Positions 63,040-64,000 of a DNA stretch of 64,000 nt are shown piece by piece. The stretch spans positions 124,001 to 188,000 of the forward strand of contig JAAOMT010000369.1 of the NCBI GenBank assembly GCA_016748015.1, written 5' to 3'. The position numbers and the translations under genes are program-made. This DNA is from Geosiphon pyriformis uo1. Lineage: Eukaryota > Fungi > Glomeromycota. The notes below the pieces were generated by a model. The model did no database searches. It was not told the DNA's origin and saw only the letters and a list, made by a program, of their open reading frames with translations. Position 1 is the stretch's first letter. Each line of letters starts with the position of its first letter.

Positions 63040-64000
63040 AATAAACTTTTTTCTTTATTGATTTTCTGATTACAGTAAAAACATAAAATAGTCAAAAAAA
63101 AAAATTTTTTTCTTCTTTTCTCTTTTGTTTTTTTAATTATTTTTTTAATTATATTTTTATTTTCTGTTATAAAACCAATAAATTCTGTTGCCAGTAGTTT
63201 TGATTATGCTTTTGCTGAATTAGAAACTCAGTTTAGCACTAAGAAGAAGTGAATTAAAAATGTTTACTCTTATAATATGTTCTATAAGAAACTGAAAAAA
63301 CCTGAAGCCAATTTTAGTATAATTAATTTATTAGCTGGCCTTTTAAACAATTAATATTAACAGTATTGATAAAAAAATTGCAAAGTCTTGAAATAACAAA
63401 GTAAATAGTAAGATAAGCAGTATAAGTGATTTGTTAAACATAAAAAACATAAAAAACATAGTTGCAAAGAAAACTAATTATGTCAATTTGAATGCTTTAG
63501 TGATTAATAAAATAGTAAACAATACTATTTTTAAGAAAATATGCACTTAAACATATGTTTTAGGTTGCTTTTTAAAGACTTTTTTGTTTGATATATTGAG
63601 CAATAATAACAATGTTTTAGCACTTTTGTCTTTTAAGTTTGCTGGTTTTAAGCAATTACTATTGGTTAAATTATATGTCTTAAAAAAATAGAATTTTAAT
63701 TCAGTAAAATTGTTCACATTGAATATTAAGCTGTCTGCTGTTTTTGACAAAACTAATAGTAATAAGTTAATTACAGTAAAAAAGTTTTTATATTATATTA
63801 ATAATTTTGGGAAAAGTATTTATTCTTTTAAAATTTTCAGAAATTATTAGATTTACATTTATATTAGAATTGAGTTTAAAAAAAACTAAAAATATGACTA
63901 TTAGTAAGAAAATTTTGGTGAATAATAATGTTAAAAAAATAAACAGTCATATAAATTGGAAAATAATTGTCAAGAAAATTCTAGTTAATCTTCTCAAATT
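63040..64000 (+). mobile_element. LINE6: degraded 5' end and ORF1 (LINE3-like), running off the window
   Basis: 5' hairpin remnant; residual similarity to LINE3 ORF1 (NTIFKK..TYVL, FNSVKLFTLNI..LITVKKFL). Confidence 0.75.

Overview
This is a eukaryotic, very AT-rich 64 kb window in which I found no host gene. It is a nest of retrotransposons. The peptides resemble Glomeromycotina (Geosiphon-like) repeats, but that attribution is from recall and unchecked. It holds about seven copies of one RNase H-encoding LINE family (ORF1 RRM + CCHC; ORF2 APE-RT-RNaseH-Cys finger) and three complete Ty3/Gypsy LTR elements (A 11473-21482 +, B 23194-40894 -, C 32951-40695 -). Target-site duplications resolve the nesting: A and B sit inside LINE2, C sits inside the TATA box of B's 5' LTR, and LINE3 sits inside the LINE5 relic. 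All ORFs are broken, almost entirely by C>T/G>A transitions in all dinucleotide contexts (RIP-like hypermutation). Main candidate for an undescribed system: all three Gypsy elements carry a related ~200-aa, non-Env third ORF between integrase and the PPT. Each has its own TATA box 42-46 nt upstream, and the ORF diverges together with lineage-specific tandem repeats in U3. This suggests a self-encoded transactivator or anti-silencer plus its target array (inference). A and B also encode tandem Cys-rich fingers and a dUTPase between protease and RT. Alignments and counts were done by eye; coordinates inside degraded relics are approximate.
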